From the IMG/VR virus record IMGVR_UViG_3300037188_000089, positions 1 through 37,657 of that record: a DNA stretch of 37,657 nucleotides. One strand, written 5' to 3'. The notes below the pieces were generated by a model, which searched no databases, was not told the DNA's origin, and saw only the letters and a program-made list of their open reading frames with translations. This DNA is from a virus (Duplodnaviria > Caudoviricetes). Every line of letters begins with the position of its first letter. Within the stretch, counting starts at the first letter, position 1. The translations under genes and the position numbers were made by a program. Positions 1-9,237 of the stretch are shown here, piece after piece.

Positions 1-594
1 CTACCCTCCACTCGCGAGCAACTGCGCGAGCGTATTCAACTGGGAGTTGGCCGCCGTGAGGCCGCCGCTCAACGTCCCCGCAGCTACGCTGCCCGGCGCC
101 GTATAAGTTCCGCTCGTTGCGCCCGTCGTCGCAGTAGTGCCGGTCGATCCCGGCGCCGCGAAGCCGAAGCCAGTAGCGGTCTGCATCGCTTGAAGCTGCT
201 GCTGCTGCGCCGCGGCTTCGAGCGACGCCTGCAGCCCGCCGACAGCGCCGCCCCTAGCTAGTCCCGTTTGCAGCGCTGCTGTGCCGCTGGCGCCGCTGTT
301 TCCGTACCCGCGTGACGCTAGACTTTGCTGTAGCTGGTCGCCGATTCCCTTGTACGTTGTGTTGATGTTGTCCGTGCCCGTCGTCATGGCCGGCGTTAGG
401 TCTGGTCCCTTCGTGATGAACCGATTCAACGCGTCCGCTGTCGAGGTCTGCACACCAGTCTGCGTCGGATTGAAGGTCGGCGTTGACGTGCCTGTGCTCC
501 CGCCCGATGTCGTGGACGCGTTCGTTCCCGTTCGCGCCGCCGTCGTGTTGCTCAGTCCGCCCAGCAGACTCCCAAGTCCCGTTAGTATCGACAT
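1..594 (-). CDS. Putative ejection/pilot (internal virion) protein
   Basis: G/T/A/S-rich with poly-Q helix and LASRGYGNSG motif; lies right after a GNAT gene, as in podovirus ejection modules. Confidence 0.55.
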   Translation of the reverse strand: MSILTGLGSLLGGLSNTTAARTGTNASTTSGGSTGTSTPTFNPTQTGVQTSTADALNRFITKGPDLTPAMTTGTDNINTTYKGIGDQLQQSLASRGYGNSGASGTAALQTGLARGGAVGGLQASLEAAAQQQQLQAMQTATGFGFAAPGSTGTTATTGATSGTYTAPGSVAAGTLSGGLTAANSQLNTLAQLLASGG

Positions 595-1096
595 AATCCG
601 CCTTCACACTCCCCACCATCACCAGATCCGACAAGATCCCACCGCACTTCGTAAAGCTGCGCAGTCGTCCTTCCTCCCGTGCCCCAACACGCTTCAAGAG
701 GGCACGGATCCCGCGATTTTGCGCGAGCACCGGGCAACTGACACGCTCGTAACCAAGAGCCCAGATCGCCTCGAAACACAACCGAACCGCTACGTCCGTC
801 GTTTCGCGGCCCAGCGACCACGGAGCAAAGAAGCAGTGCCCCACGCCCGACACCTGATTCACCGGCTCGAACCCGAGCCAGCCGCAGAGCCGGCCGTCCC
901 GCAAAACCCCCCACGTCTTGCCGCCGCGCGCGTCCATCGTTTCCGCTGCATCTAGCAACGCGTCGATGTTGCGCAGCGCGAAGTCATCCGCCATTAAGTG
1001 CAGGGATGGCTCTACCCACTGCCAGGCCACCGGCAACGCATACGTCGGGAATGGTGTTATCAATTCGATTCGGCTCGGCGTTCTGGTTTTTACCAT
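254..1096 (-). CDS. GNAT-fold virion-assembly-associated protein; last ~113 codons overlap the next gene
   Basis: WGVLRDGRLCGWLGFE, GHCFF and NRGIRALLKRVGAREEGRLR are RimJ/RimL-like GNAT motifs; typical position between tail and ejection genes. Confidence 0.75.
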   Translation of the reverse strand: MVKTRTPSRIELITPFPTYALPVAWQWVEPSLHLMADDFALRNIDALLDAAETMDARGGKTWGVLRDGRLCGWLGFEPVNQVSGVGHCFFAPWSLGRETTDVAVRLCFEAIWALGYERVSCPVLAQNRGIRALLKRVGAREEGRLRSFTKCGGILSDLVMVGSVKADYVDTNGTWESAGRTEQHDGGANGNERVHDIGREHRHVNADLQSDADWCADLDSGRVESVHHEGTRPNAGHDDGHGQHQHNVQGNRRPATAKSSVTRVRKQRRQRHSSAANGTS

Positions 1097-1100
1097 TCAC

Positions 1101-1114
1101 TCCGGTTAGTCGGA
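1101..1114 (-). promoter_or_regulatory. TCCGACTAACCGGA motif copy 1 (candidate phage-sigma promoter)
   Basis: Exact 14-mer 4 nt upstream of the GNAT ATG; extends to a perfect 7-bp inverted repeat CACTCCG-N6-CGGAGTG at 1098-1117. Confidence 0.7.
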
Positions 1115-1135
1115 GTGTCCGTAAGTTGCTTTTGC

Positions 1136-1164
1136 TTGCGTCGGCGTCGAATCGCGGCTACAGT
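1136..1164 (+). promoter_or_regulatory. Sigma70-type promoter TTGCGT-N17-TACAGT
   Basis: -35 at 1136-1141, -10 at 1159-1164, 8 nt before ATG 1173. Confidence 0.55.
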
Positions 1165-1172
1165 GCTTATGT

Positions 1173-1400
1173 ATGGCAAAAGCAGCGGCTTCGGCCGCAT
1201 CCAAAAGCAAGAAACGAGCACCTGCTGCGCGCGCCGCGTCCACGGCTTCCGCAGCACCGCCCGCGCGTAGCGCGTCCAGCAAACGGAGTGGTCGCTCATC
1301 CAGAAACACGGCGGTGAACGCTGTCGGCAAGACCACCCCAATGGAGGAGACGGCCGCAAAGAAACAGCCCCGCGCTCAGACTCGAAAAGCCGCCGGCTAG
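1173..1400 (+). CDS. Small K/R/A/S-rich basic (histone H1-like) protein, antisense to the late operon
   Basis: Fills the gap between two tail genes, has its own promoter, and its stop overlaps the convergent stop at CTAG 1397-1400. Confidence 0.55.
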   Translation: MAKAAASAASKSKKRAPAARAASTASAAPPARSASSKRSGRSSRNTAVNAVGKTTPMEETAAKKQPRAQTRKAAG

Positions 1401-4400
1401 GTTACCGACACACTCGCCTCTTCCGCCGGTGGATCTAACCGCCAGCCGAGGAGACACATTTGATCGATAGCGAACGGCGTAAGGTGCGCCAAGCCTGCGC
1501 TCTTCGCTAATCGGTAATCACTCCACAACGCCACACCGGCGTTGTCTACACTGTAGAGAAAGCGAAGTTGTGCCAAAGGCCACGCTAGGCCGAGCACGCG
1601 CGCGAGCGTGGCCTTCATGAAATCGACGTTGCGGTCTGTCGTCGAAAATGCCAGCGCTTCGAGCCAGAAAATCTGGAAGGGCGCACTGGCTTGGGCCTGC
1701 CAAGTAGCCGGGAAGTTTACGAACGAGTTGAGAGCGCCGCCCACTTGCGAGAGCGGCGCCACAGAGGAGCCGTTCACATCGCCCGGCCACAGCAGGCCAA
1801 ACACTGCCGCCGGATACGTTGCCACCACTGCCGCGATGATCGCGGCCACATGCGCCGCCAGGCGATTCGCGAGAAACAGCGCATCCGGCAACACCGGCGT
1901 ATCGGTCGGAAAGGTGAACGTCGCGAGCGGGTGCCCCAGCGCGCTATTTGCCGCTGTCGTCGTCTCCAGATCGTAAAACGCCATCGATCCACCGGATGCG
2001 GTGCCCGTACCGACGACCCAGGAGCCGCCGCCGTACGGCGCGCTGATGTCCACGTGGGTCGAATCCGGCACTGCGATGACGCTCCACGTGCCATTGATGG
2101 ACGGAATTCCTTGCAAATTCTGCACGGCGAGTAGTTGTGCTGGTACTAACCCATGAGGTTGCGCAAAGCCCAAACGAACATAGGCCAGAATCGCCACGCT
2201 CCCCACTGGACGCAGCCATAATTGCGAGAAAAACCACCACAGAAACTCACCGCAAATCAGGTACGGGATGAGGCCAGCGGACGCTTGTAAGTCCGCCAAA
2301 TGCTTGAACATGGCGATCTGGTAGGCCAGAAACGCCGTCGCCATCGGCGCGCATTGCGTACTGAGCGTGTTGGCGAACCCAGTACTAGTTTGCACAGTTT
2401 GCCCATTTTGGAAGCGTGCCGCCCAGACTTGCCCGACGATATTCGCGTCCGGCGGGTAAACCAGCTCCATCGACAGCGCCGTCCCGACGACGTTTCCGCG
2501 CGCGTGAACCCCGGCAAAGAAATCGGCGTGCCACGCCGCCGCTGCGTAATTCAGCGCCGGCGTCTGCGTGGTGTCGATTTCCCAGATTCCCGGCACACTG
2601 CCCGTCAGATCGGGCGCGCTTGTAGAGATCGCCACCGGCGAACCGCCGTTTTGATAGCTCGCACTGACGGGCGTCACAGCATAAGCTGCTGTGTCGTCGC
2701 GGGTCGTGATCGTCAGAACCGTTCCCGCGAAGGAAGCCCAGACGCCCGAGAACGTCTCATTGACGAAGTAAGCGAAATGCGCCGCCCACGTCGCCGCTGT
2801 TTCATGCTGGTACACGCTTTTGCTGATGATCGTTCCCGCAATGTCAATGGAAATGCTCGCCGTCCCTGGCGTCAGCGCTGGCAACGTGGCGAAGTCCATG
2901 GTTAGGCCCGCCAGCGTGCGACCCGTGGCTTTGCGCTGATTCAGCCAGAACACGCCGCTGTAGAGGTACATCGGTCCTGTGAACCCCAGCGCGTCGAGCA
3001 TCCACAGTAAACGCGCGGGCGCAAGCTGGTAGCCGTGCTGCGTATCGAAGTCAATCGCCGGTGAGCGATCCGCCCAAGGCCCCGGCGCCGCCGGCACGTC
3101 CGACGCCACGCACGCCTCGAGGAAATCGAAGTAGCCGTTGCCGCCGCTGATCGTCAGAACAACCGTATGCTGCCCGGCGGTGAGCCCGGTAGCGACCTGC
3201 CGGCGCGTGGAGATCTCTTCCGTCGTTGCGAGCGCCGTGTCGATACTAGCCGCCGCTACGCCATCCACCGTCGTCGCGAACGTGCCGCCGCCAAGCGCGA
3301 GGTAGGTCCCCAGCCATAAGTCATGAACGTGCGGACACCAATACGTCACCATAACGGAGTCGGCCGGCGTCCCACTGACCGCCGCGAACCCATTCGAGAA
3401 CCAGCCGACATCAGTCCGTGACCAGTTACCCGCGAACGTCGTCCAGACATCCGACTCCTCGATCCGCACCGAGCCCGGCCCGGCCGCCGCGAGCGGCATG
3501 AGGCCGTGCGGATCGGCCGTCGCTCCCCAGTTGGTGACAATAATGTCAGCCTGGGTGTCGGCATAATTGGCAGAATCCGCCAAGAGCGGCGCAAACGTCA
3601 ACCAGAGTTGACGCACGTCGGTCAGCCCGAGCGACGAGAAGTCGAGCTTGACGTGATACGTGACTGCCGAACTGCCACCCGCAAGCTGCTGCCCCGCCGG
3701 CACGAGCGAAAAGCCGGACGGATTCGAGGCAATCGAATAGAGGCGGATCATGTTGCCGTCCACGCCTGCGGGCGAGGCGGTAATGGTGATGCCGCCGCCA
3801 CCGCCCGCCGCCTGCAGTTGATAGAGATTGCTGCCCCAGCTTGTCGCATTGATGAGGTTCACGAAGTCGCTTTGCGTCATCGTGAGATACGTCCAGGTCC
3901 AGGAGGAGTTCTGGAACCACAACGTGAGATAGTCGCCAAACGCCGCGCCTGACGTGTTCACGCCGAAGACGCAGCTCGCGGCGCCGTGCGTTCCGCTGGT
4001 GATGGTCGTCGCATTTGGATTGGCGGTACCGCCGCCACCGTGCGAACTCTGGAAGTTGCCGACGCTGAGATCGATCCGGCCCATCGTTCCGTCCATGAGG
4101 ATGTAATCGAGGAACGGCCAGTCGATCGTTGGAAACTTCGGACAGTCGTAGCCCGCCGCGCCGCTAAACGTGACGTCGAACTCTAAGACGATGCCCGTAA
4201 GGTCTGACGCCGGCAAGGCCTTGATGCGCGGATGCCCGAAGTAATCGTCGATATCAAACAGCACCAACACCCAGAACGCCGCAGCCTTACGAAAGATGCC
4301 AGAGACCGTAAAGCCCGTCGCCGAAGCTGAATGCAGCGCCGCGGGCGAATCGATTCCGGAAAACCCGCGAAAGTACATCGTCTTCGAAGGGTCGAATTTG

Positions 4401-4414
4401 TTGAGGACAGCCAT
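1397..4414 (-). CDS. Large tail protein resembling N4 gp65 non-contractile tail sheath (N-terminal domain, CBM-like middle, TIM-barrel-like C-terminus)
   Basis: Start reassigned to MAVLNKF (TAATG coupling at 4412-4416); ALHSASATGFTVSGIFR, GHPRIKALP, PAIDFDTQHGYQLAPARLLW and PYLICGEFLWWFF motifs recalled from this family. Confidence 0.6.
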   Translation of the reverse strand: MAVLNKFDPSKTMYFRGFSGIDSPAALHSASATGFTVSGIFRKAAAFWVLVLFDIDDYFGHPRIKALPASDLTGIVLEFDVTFSGAAGYDCPKFPTIDWPFLDYILMDGTMGRIDLSVGNFQSSHGGGGTANPNATTITSGTHGAASCVFGVNTSGAAFGDYLTLWFQNSSWTWTYLTMTQSDFVNLINATSWGSNLYQLQAAGGGGGITITASPAGVDGNMIRLYSIASNPSGFSLVPAGQQLAGGSSAVTYHVKLDFSSLGLTDVRQLWLTFAPLLADSANYADTQADIIVTNWGATADPHGLMPLAAAGPGSVRIEESDVWTTFAGNWSRTDVGWFSNGFAAVSGTPADSVMVTYWCPHVHDLWLGTYLALGGGTFATTVDGVAAASIDTALATTEEISTRRQVATGLTAGQHTVVLTISGGNGYFDFLEACVASDVPAAPGPWADRSPAIDFDTQHGYQLAPARLLWMLDALGFTGPMYLYSGVFWLNQRKATGRTLAGLTMDFATLPALTPGTASISIDIAGTIISKSVYQHETAATWAAHFAYFVNETFSGVWASFAGTVLTITTRDDTAAYAVTPVSASYQNGGSPVAISTSAPDLTGSVPGIWEIDTTQTPALNYAAAAWHADFFAGVHARGNVVGTALSMELVYPPDANIVGQVWAARFQNGQTVQTSTGFANTLSTQCAPMATAFLAYQIAMFKHLADLQASAGLIPYLICGEFLWWFFSQLWLRPVGSVAILAYVRLGFAQPHGLVPAQLLAVQNLQGIPSINGTWSVIAVPDSTHVDISAPYGGGSWVVGTGTASGGSMAFYDLETTTAANSALGHPLATFTFPTDTPVLPDALFLANRLAAHVAAIIAAVVATYPAAVFGLLWPGDVNGSSVAPLSQVGGALNSFVNFPATWQAQASAPFQIFWLEALAFSTTDRNVDFMKATLARVLGLAWPLAQLRFLYSVDNAGVALWSDYRLAKSAGLAHLTPFAIDQMCLLGWRLDPPAEEASVSVT

Positions 4415-4896
4415 TAGCGCAATTCTAAGGTCAGGTCCGCTCCAGGGAACGTCGTCCCGCAAGACGTGATATCCAGCCGCAGCAGCGCATCCTTGGCAAT
4501 CGCTGGATACCCCGCCACGCTCGCCGAAACGCTCAACCCGCTCGCCGTCAGCGCTGGGCCCCAAACCACGCCGCTGGCGAAGAGTTGCACTATGACCGAT
4601 GCGCCAATCGGCGCCGTCTTCAGCAGTAACACTGCTTGCGACGGCGCAAACGCCACCGGCAGCGTCAATGACGGCGCCGCGTCGCTTTCCACGCCCAACG
4701 TCCCCGGCACGGTCAAGGTAACCTGCGTAATGCCCGCACTGCCGCCAGAGGACGCGCTCGATGTGGAACTCGTCACCACATTCGCCAGCGCCGTCCCGAT
4801 TCGACGCATCCGGTCATTCAGCACCGAGAGAAAGCCCGCGTCTACCGCATCGCTCACGACTTCGAGATTGCCGATCTGATTGGTTGGACTGGGCAC
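4414..4896 (-). CDS. Small tail/virion protein
   Basis: Likely GTG start at 4896 just after the upstream stop; LNDRMRRI helix plus a beta-rich C-terminus ending LRLDITSCGTTFPGADLTLELR. Confidence 0.6.
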   Translation of the reverse strand: MPSPTNQIGNLEVVSDAVDAGFLSVLNDRMRRIGTALANVVTSSTSSASSGGSAGITQVTLTVPGTLGVESDAAPSLTLPVAFAPSQAVLLLKTAPIGASVIVQLFASGVVWGPALTASGLSVSASVAGYPAIAKDALLRLDITSCGTTFPGADLTLELR

Positions 4897-4900
4897 AGGT

Positions 4901-7657
4901 TTACTCCGCGTCCGGCGCTTCCGCCGGCGTTCCGCTAATAAAGTCGCGCCACTCCCACACGCCCGGCTGCGCATCGCCAACGCTGCGCATCCAGCCGCGG
5001 ACCGCATACACGCGCGCTTCGCCCACGGGAAGGACATCGACGCGATAAAGCCGCCCGCGCACATTCGGCGGCAGCGTGAATTCGAAGATCGAGCGCCCTG
5101 TCATCGTGCCGTTGTACGTGTAGCGCAGCGCCAGGCCGTTCGGCTCATCCGTCCAAATCTTGATGGTGACTTCGCCCACCTGGTCTACTTCGATGCGCTT
5201 GCACATTTGAATGCGCTCGCTGTGGAAGTCAAGCACTTGCGTACCGCGAATCGAAGCGTCGCGCTCTTCGACGCCGTAATAGATGTAAAGACCATGAATG
5301 GCGGGCGGTACGCTGACCTCCGTCGCAAAGTAGGTGATCTCGGTCCGGACGCTGATGTGATATTCGCCCGTGTCGCCTTCGTCTTGCGGCAGCGGCATAT
5401 AGAATTTCTGACGTTTTCCGCCCGTGAACGTTGCCGTGTACGGCGACGCAATCGCCGACAATGCGCCCGCGTCGCTCGTGTTGTCAAACAACAGCCACAC
5501 CTGCATAGTCGCGCCGTTTAACTCCGCGTCAAGCACGATCTCTTGATAGAACTTCGGCGTGTCGCCGAGCCCTTGGTCCAGAAAGCGCGTTTGCCAGATG
5601 GCGTCGAGCGCGCCGCGCACCGGCGGCTGCGCAATCAGCAGATTGCCATACGCATCGCCCGCGAACCATTGAAAGCGGTTGTCGCTTCCCAGGGCCACTG
5701 TCAGCGATTGACCGCCGTTCCACACAAGAGTAGACCAGCGCTGAAGCTCTGGCTGGTAGAGGAAGGTTGTGCCCGAGAACGTGTCGCCGGCAAAACTCCC
5801 TCCATTTCCTATCACAGCAACGCCGTTCAGCCAGGCGCAGAACGGATACTGCGGCGTTCCCCAGTGAGGCTGCACGATGCTGCTCGAACCGAGGCCGATC
5901 CACTGCTGGCCGATAAATACAGGCGAGATCTTCTCACTCACCGGCCCGGTGTTGTCCAGATTGAACTTATATACACCGTCCGCCGCGAGCACTAGATCGA
6001 ACGCGCCGCAATTCGCGACGGCGTTTTTCCCGACCGCGCCGCACGTGGCGGACGTGTCCATGAGCGTGCCTGTCACAATGTCTCCGATATTGCGCCAGAT
6101 CGAGCGCGCTTTGTGGATCGCGCACAGAATCGGATGCAGCGTAATCATTTGAATTGGATCGTCCGGCGCGCCCACGTCCACCCAGTTGCCTTCCGCCGTG
6201 CCCGCTTGCGAACCCGGAAACAAGGGGATACCGTTCTGACTCCAGAACAAGCGGCCGTCTTTCCACGCCAACAGCGCATTGAAGTACGGCCCGACGACGC
6301 CCATGACGTTGGCCGCCGTCCCTGTGGGCGGCGGATCGTTCGTCGTTGGCATGAGAATACCGTTGAGGGTAAGCTGCAGGTCCGGCGCGCCGTCAATGTA
6401 ACTTGTTGTCGTAGCGTCCGCGAATTCGATCACCTGATAGGCGTTGCCGAGCGTGCCCCCGGTGCGATAGAGCCGCTGTCTCCGAACGTCCTGATAGAAC
6501 GGCGGCGCGGTCCAAGACAGATCCACTAGCCCGTTTGAAGGAGTCACATCCGCGCTCACAGGCCCCGGATTTGTTTCGAGCCCGGCTGAATTGACGTAGG
6601 TTCGATAGTACTGATAGGTGCCCACCAAGCCGACCGATGAACTCACATTAAAGCCCGGCACGGCGACGAGCGCGGATGTCGGCGCAGCGGGAGCCCCCAC
6701 GGCGCCGCTCACCGGCATGACGACACCCGAAGCCGCCAGCGTGTCAGTCCAGGGAGTATCCACCGTTGGGTAGGTCGAGGTCAAATACGTGAGACAAACC
6801 GCGCCGGTCGGATCTGGCCCTGTGCCGAACTGCTTGAGGAATGTGATCGCGCCCGCGCCAAGCTGCCGATAAACACGGATCGCGTCAACTGGCACACCGC
6901 CGCTCGTTGACGCAAAGGGCAATTGAAGAACGCTAATCGCGCCGCCGGCCGCTACGATCGGCGCCGTCGCGGCGCCGCCAGCCGATTCGAGCGCCGTCAA
7001 AAACCCACCGACGACGGGAAAGGCATAGTGTACGTATGTGCAGTAGTAGGTGTACGTGCCACTGAGCGGACCATCGCCCACGGTATCCTCGACCGCAATC
7101 ACCGGCGAACTTGGAACCGCCGGTAGCCACATTGACGCGGCGTTACTTGTGTACGGCCCGACAACCCCAGGAAAGATCCCGCTTAAGACGGCTGGATCAA
7201 TTTTGATTTGCAATAGGCTGTCAAGTACCCAAATCAGTCCGTTCCAGACTACAATGCTCAACGGATTGCCGCTAAAGCCCGTCGCAACGGTGAACGAAAC
7301 GCCAGCGCCGCCGAAGGCACCCGGCCAATAGAAAAAGAGCGTAGGCCCCGCGCCAATCAGGAACGCGCCCGTGAGGCCAATGCCGGCGCCAGAGAGGCCT
7401 ACACCCCACGCAATATCGACCTCGCCATTGACATAGGCTTGCGTCGTCGAGAAGTCATCAATTTTAAACTCCGTGTGGACCGCGTGGGCGCCACTGAATA
7501 CCTGCGTCAAGCTCACGAGCGAATCGCCCACCCGCAGCACGCCTTGCTGATCGACGCGGAAATTCTGAAGCGCGATCGCGTCGTTCTCGGGCGTCTTGTC
7601 GGAAGGCGTCAACAGGTTCAATGAACCCGCGAGGACTCGCTGCGAATCGAGCTTCAC
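4901..7657 (-). CDS. Tail nozzle/DNA stabilization protein (P22 gp10 / T7 gp12-like) with inserted Ig-like arms
   Basis: 918 aa; LQNFRVD N-terminus, beta-propeller-like segments (RLFWSQNG, GAVGKNAV, DGVYKF), WQTRFLDQG..KFYQEI C-terminal motif; duplicated GTY.YY.TYV..LE arms. Confidence 0.75.
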   Translation of the reverse strand: MKLDSQRVLAGSLNLLTPSDKTPENDAIALQNFRVDQQGVLRVGDSLVSLTQVFSGAHAVHTEFKIDDFSTTQAYVNGEVDIAWGVGLSGAGIGLTGAFLIGAGPTLFFYWPGAFGGAGVSFTVATGFSGNPLSIVVWNGLIWVLDSLLQIKIDPAVLSGIFPGVVGPYTSNAASMWLPAVPSSPVIAVEDTVGDGPLSGTYTYYCTYVHYAFPVVGGFLTALESAGGAATAPIVAAGGAISVLQLPFASTSGGVPVDAIRVYRQLGAGAITFLKQFGTGPDPTGAVCLTYLTSTYPTVDTPWTDTLAASGVVMPVSGAVGAPAAPTSALVAVPGFNVSSSVGLVGTYQYYRTYVNSAGLETNPGPVSADVTPSNGLVDLSWTAPPFYQDVRRQRLYRTGGTLGNAYQVIEFADATTTSYIDGAPDLQLTLNGILMPTTNDPPPTGTAANVMGVVGPYFNALLAWKDGRLFWSQNGIPLFPGSQAGTAEGNWVDVGAPDDPIQMITLHPILCAIHKARSIWRNIGDIVTGTLMDTSATCGAVGKNAVANCGAFDLVLAADGVYKFNLDNTGPVSEKISPVFIGQQWIGLGSSSIVQPHWGTPQYPFCAWLNGVAVIGNGGSFAGDTFSGTTFLYQPELQRWSTLVWNGGQSLTVALGSDNRFQWFAGDAYGNLLIAQPPVRGALDAIWQTRFLDQGLGDTPKFYQEIVLDAELNGATMQVWLLFDNTSDAGALSAIASPYTATFTGGKRQKFYMPLPQDEGDTGEYHISVRTEITYFATEVSVPPAIHGLYIYYGVEERDASIRGTQVLDFHSERIQMCKRIEVDQVGEVTIKIWTDEPNGLALRYTYNGTMTGRSIFEFTLPPNVRGRLYRVDVLPVGEARVYAVRGWMRSVGDAQPGVWEWRDFISGTPAEAPDAE

Positions 7658-8280
7658 GCCGAGGCCTCCGCATTACCCCAGTATTGAGTAAACACTTGCT
7701 CAAACAGAGCGCAGGCCTGCCCCGCCGCCTCCGCGATCTCTGGCATCTGATAGGGCGATTCCTTGCCGCGGGCGCGCTGCAACGCGAAGTACAAAAAGTA
7801 ATCGGACAACACGGATGGAATCGGCGCCAGCGTTTGCGCCGGCGTGATCGTCTCCGCCGAAACGTGATCGATGGTTTCCAGTTCAGCCGCCGCCGATGGC
7901 TGGGGGTACAGGGTGATTGTCCCGAGCGCGCCCGCGTCGAGCGAATAGCGGTAAGGGAGTTCGCCCGGTTCGCAAATCAGCGCGAGCCACAATGAATCAT
8001 AGGCGACCAGCTCCGCTACGCTGGTCGGGCGAAGCTGCTGGCCGTTGACACTGACATGCAGCGAGTGTAGCCAGTTGGGCGCGCACGCATACTGCGGCGC
8101 CGCCGCCGTGATCGTTTGCGTGTTCGAGGAGACGAATAGACCCATCTCCGCGAGCTTTTGCGTCGCTTCATCGAAGTAGCCGTAGATTTCGTCTTCGGTA
8201 CACCAGTTCAGATCTGCCCAGGATAGGACGCCGGCGCGGCTCAGAAACTCGGCCGCCGTGGCTGTTAGATCAAAAGCCAT
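7654..8280 (-). CDS. Head-tail adaptor/ring protein paralog 3
   Basis: IYGYFDEATQKL, LRPTSVAEL, GELPYRY, ITLYPQP motifs shared with adjacent paralogs. Confidence 0.7.
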   Translation of the reverse strand: MAFDLTATAAEFLSRAGVLSWADLNWCTEDEIYGYFDEATQKLAEMGLFVSSNTQTITAAAPQYACAPNWLHSLHVSVNGQQLRPTSVAELVAYDSLWLALICEPGELPYRYSLDAGALGTITLYPQPSAAAELETIDHVSAETITPAQTLAPIPSVLSDYFLYFALQRARGKESPYQMPEIAEAAGQACALFEQVFTQYWGNAEASA

Positions 8281-8922
8281 CTACTTCACCCTCTCCAGTT
8301 CAAACGGTCCTACCGTCTCGTAGCCTGCGTCTTTGTTCCGTTCGCGCACCAACGCCGCCACGCGAACCGCCTCGCCCATGAACTCTTTCAGGTAGCCCGC
8401 GAACTTGGCGAACTCCTGCCCGCCTTCCGGTTGCCGCAAAGCCCACGATGCGTAATTGACGAGCGAATACTGCGACTGCATCCGAATCCCCGGCGTATCA
8501 TCGCCCGCCGCGAGCGTCGTCGGGCAGCACGCATAAACGATGCTGAGCGTGTCCGCGCTCGGCGGCTGCGGGTAAACAGCCAGCCAATCGAGCCCGCGCG
8601 CCACGTAGCGCAAAGGCACGCCCGCCGTGCCCTGCCAGTCGGAGTCGAGCGCTTCTAGCTGGGCAATTGTGGCCGGTCGCATCTGCTGCCCCGAAGAATT
8701 GTAAACCCGCCGAGGAAGAACGAAGTCCGGCAACTGCGTCAGCACGTTATAAGACAACTGCCCGCCCGTCAGAGCAAACGATGCCGTTTTCTCCAGACAC
8801 AGCGAGAGCAAAACAAAGACCCGCTGCGCTTCGTTCAGCGCGCCGGACGTGTCCGGGTAATACGTGCCGGTGCTGTCGTTAAGCTTGCCAAGCGTAAGAA
8901 GTTCGAGCGTCGTGAGCGTCAT
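8281..8922 (-). CDS. Head-tail adaptor/ring protein paralog 2
   Basis: Start reassigned to MTLTTLE (8922); ALNEAQR, LPDFV, MRPATIAQL, GVPLRY, LAVYPQP motifs. Confidence 0.7.
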   Translation of the reverse strand: MTLTTLELLTLGKLNDSTGTYYPDTSGALNEAQRVFVLLSLCLEKTASFALTGGQLSYNVLTQLPDFVLPRRVYNSSGQQMRPATIAQLEALDSDWQGTAGVPLRYVARGLDWLAVYPQPPSADTLSIVYACCPTTLAAGDDTPGIRMQSQYSLVNYASWALRQPEGGQEFAKFAGYLKEFMGEAVRVAALVRERNKDAGYETVGPFELERVK

Positions 8923-8940
8923 GCGGCGTATCCTTGGCTT

Positions 8941-9234
8941 ATGAAGAGAAGAGCGTTCTTCGCGGCGTTGTTTGGAGGCGCGATCGCCGCGCCAGTGGCT
9001 GTCAAGGCCGTAGCCGCAGCGCTCCCGGATGGCGTGGCTCTGTTCTCGTGCGCGCATCCGCCGCCGCTCGCGTCGATCGAGGAACCCGTCCTCGAACGCG
9101 CATATGTCCATCTCACGTACGCCTTGGGCTTTAAGGTCGACGGCAGTGATCCGTGGGGGAAACTGCTCGGCCACTCCATGCGCGAAACGCGCGAGCGCAT
9201 TGCCGCACAGATTTTCAACGATGGCCTACTGTAG
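8941..9234 (+). CDS. Twin-arginine-leader mini-protein built from permuted MCP segments
   Basis: MKRRAFF plus hydrophobic stretch; three segments align with the MCP at 15955-16878; TATCCT -10 at 8929-8934, 6 nt before ATG; fits exactly between flanking minus-strand genes. Confidence 0.85.
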   Translation: MKRRAFFAALFGGAIAAPVAVKAVAAALPDGVALFSCAHPPPLASIEEPVLERAYVHLTYALGFKVDGSDPWGKLLGHSMRETRERIAAQIFNDGLL

Positions 9235-9237
9235 CCG

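Noticed and set aside
1106-1336. Minus-strand ORF ending HSD-stop like 21510-21779
   Set aside because: The shared ending is just the DNA motif CACTCCGACTAA; the plus-strand ORF has the promoter support
4415-4564. Track N-terminal extensions (also 8923-9174, 10408-10530, 18454-18618, 22415-22594, 25822-25989, 36937-37197)
   Set aside because: They overlap neighbouring genes; downstream starts give stop-start coupling, an RBS, or a non-overlapping fit
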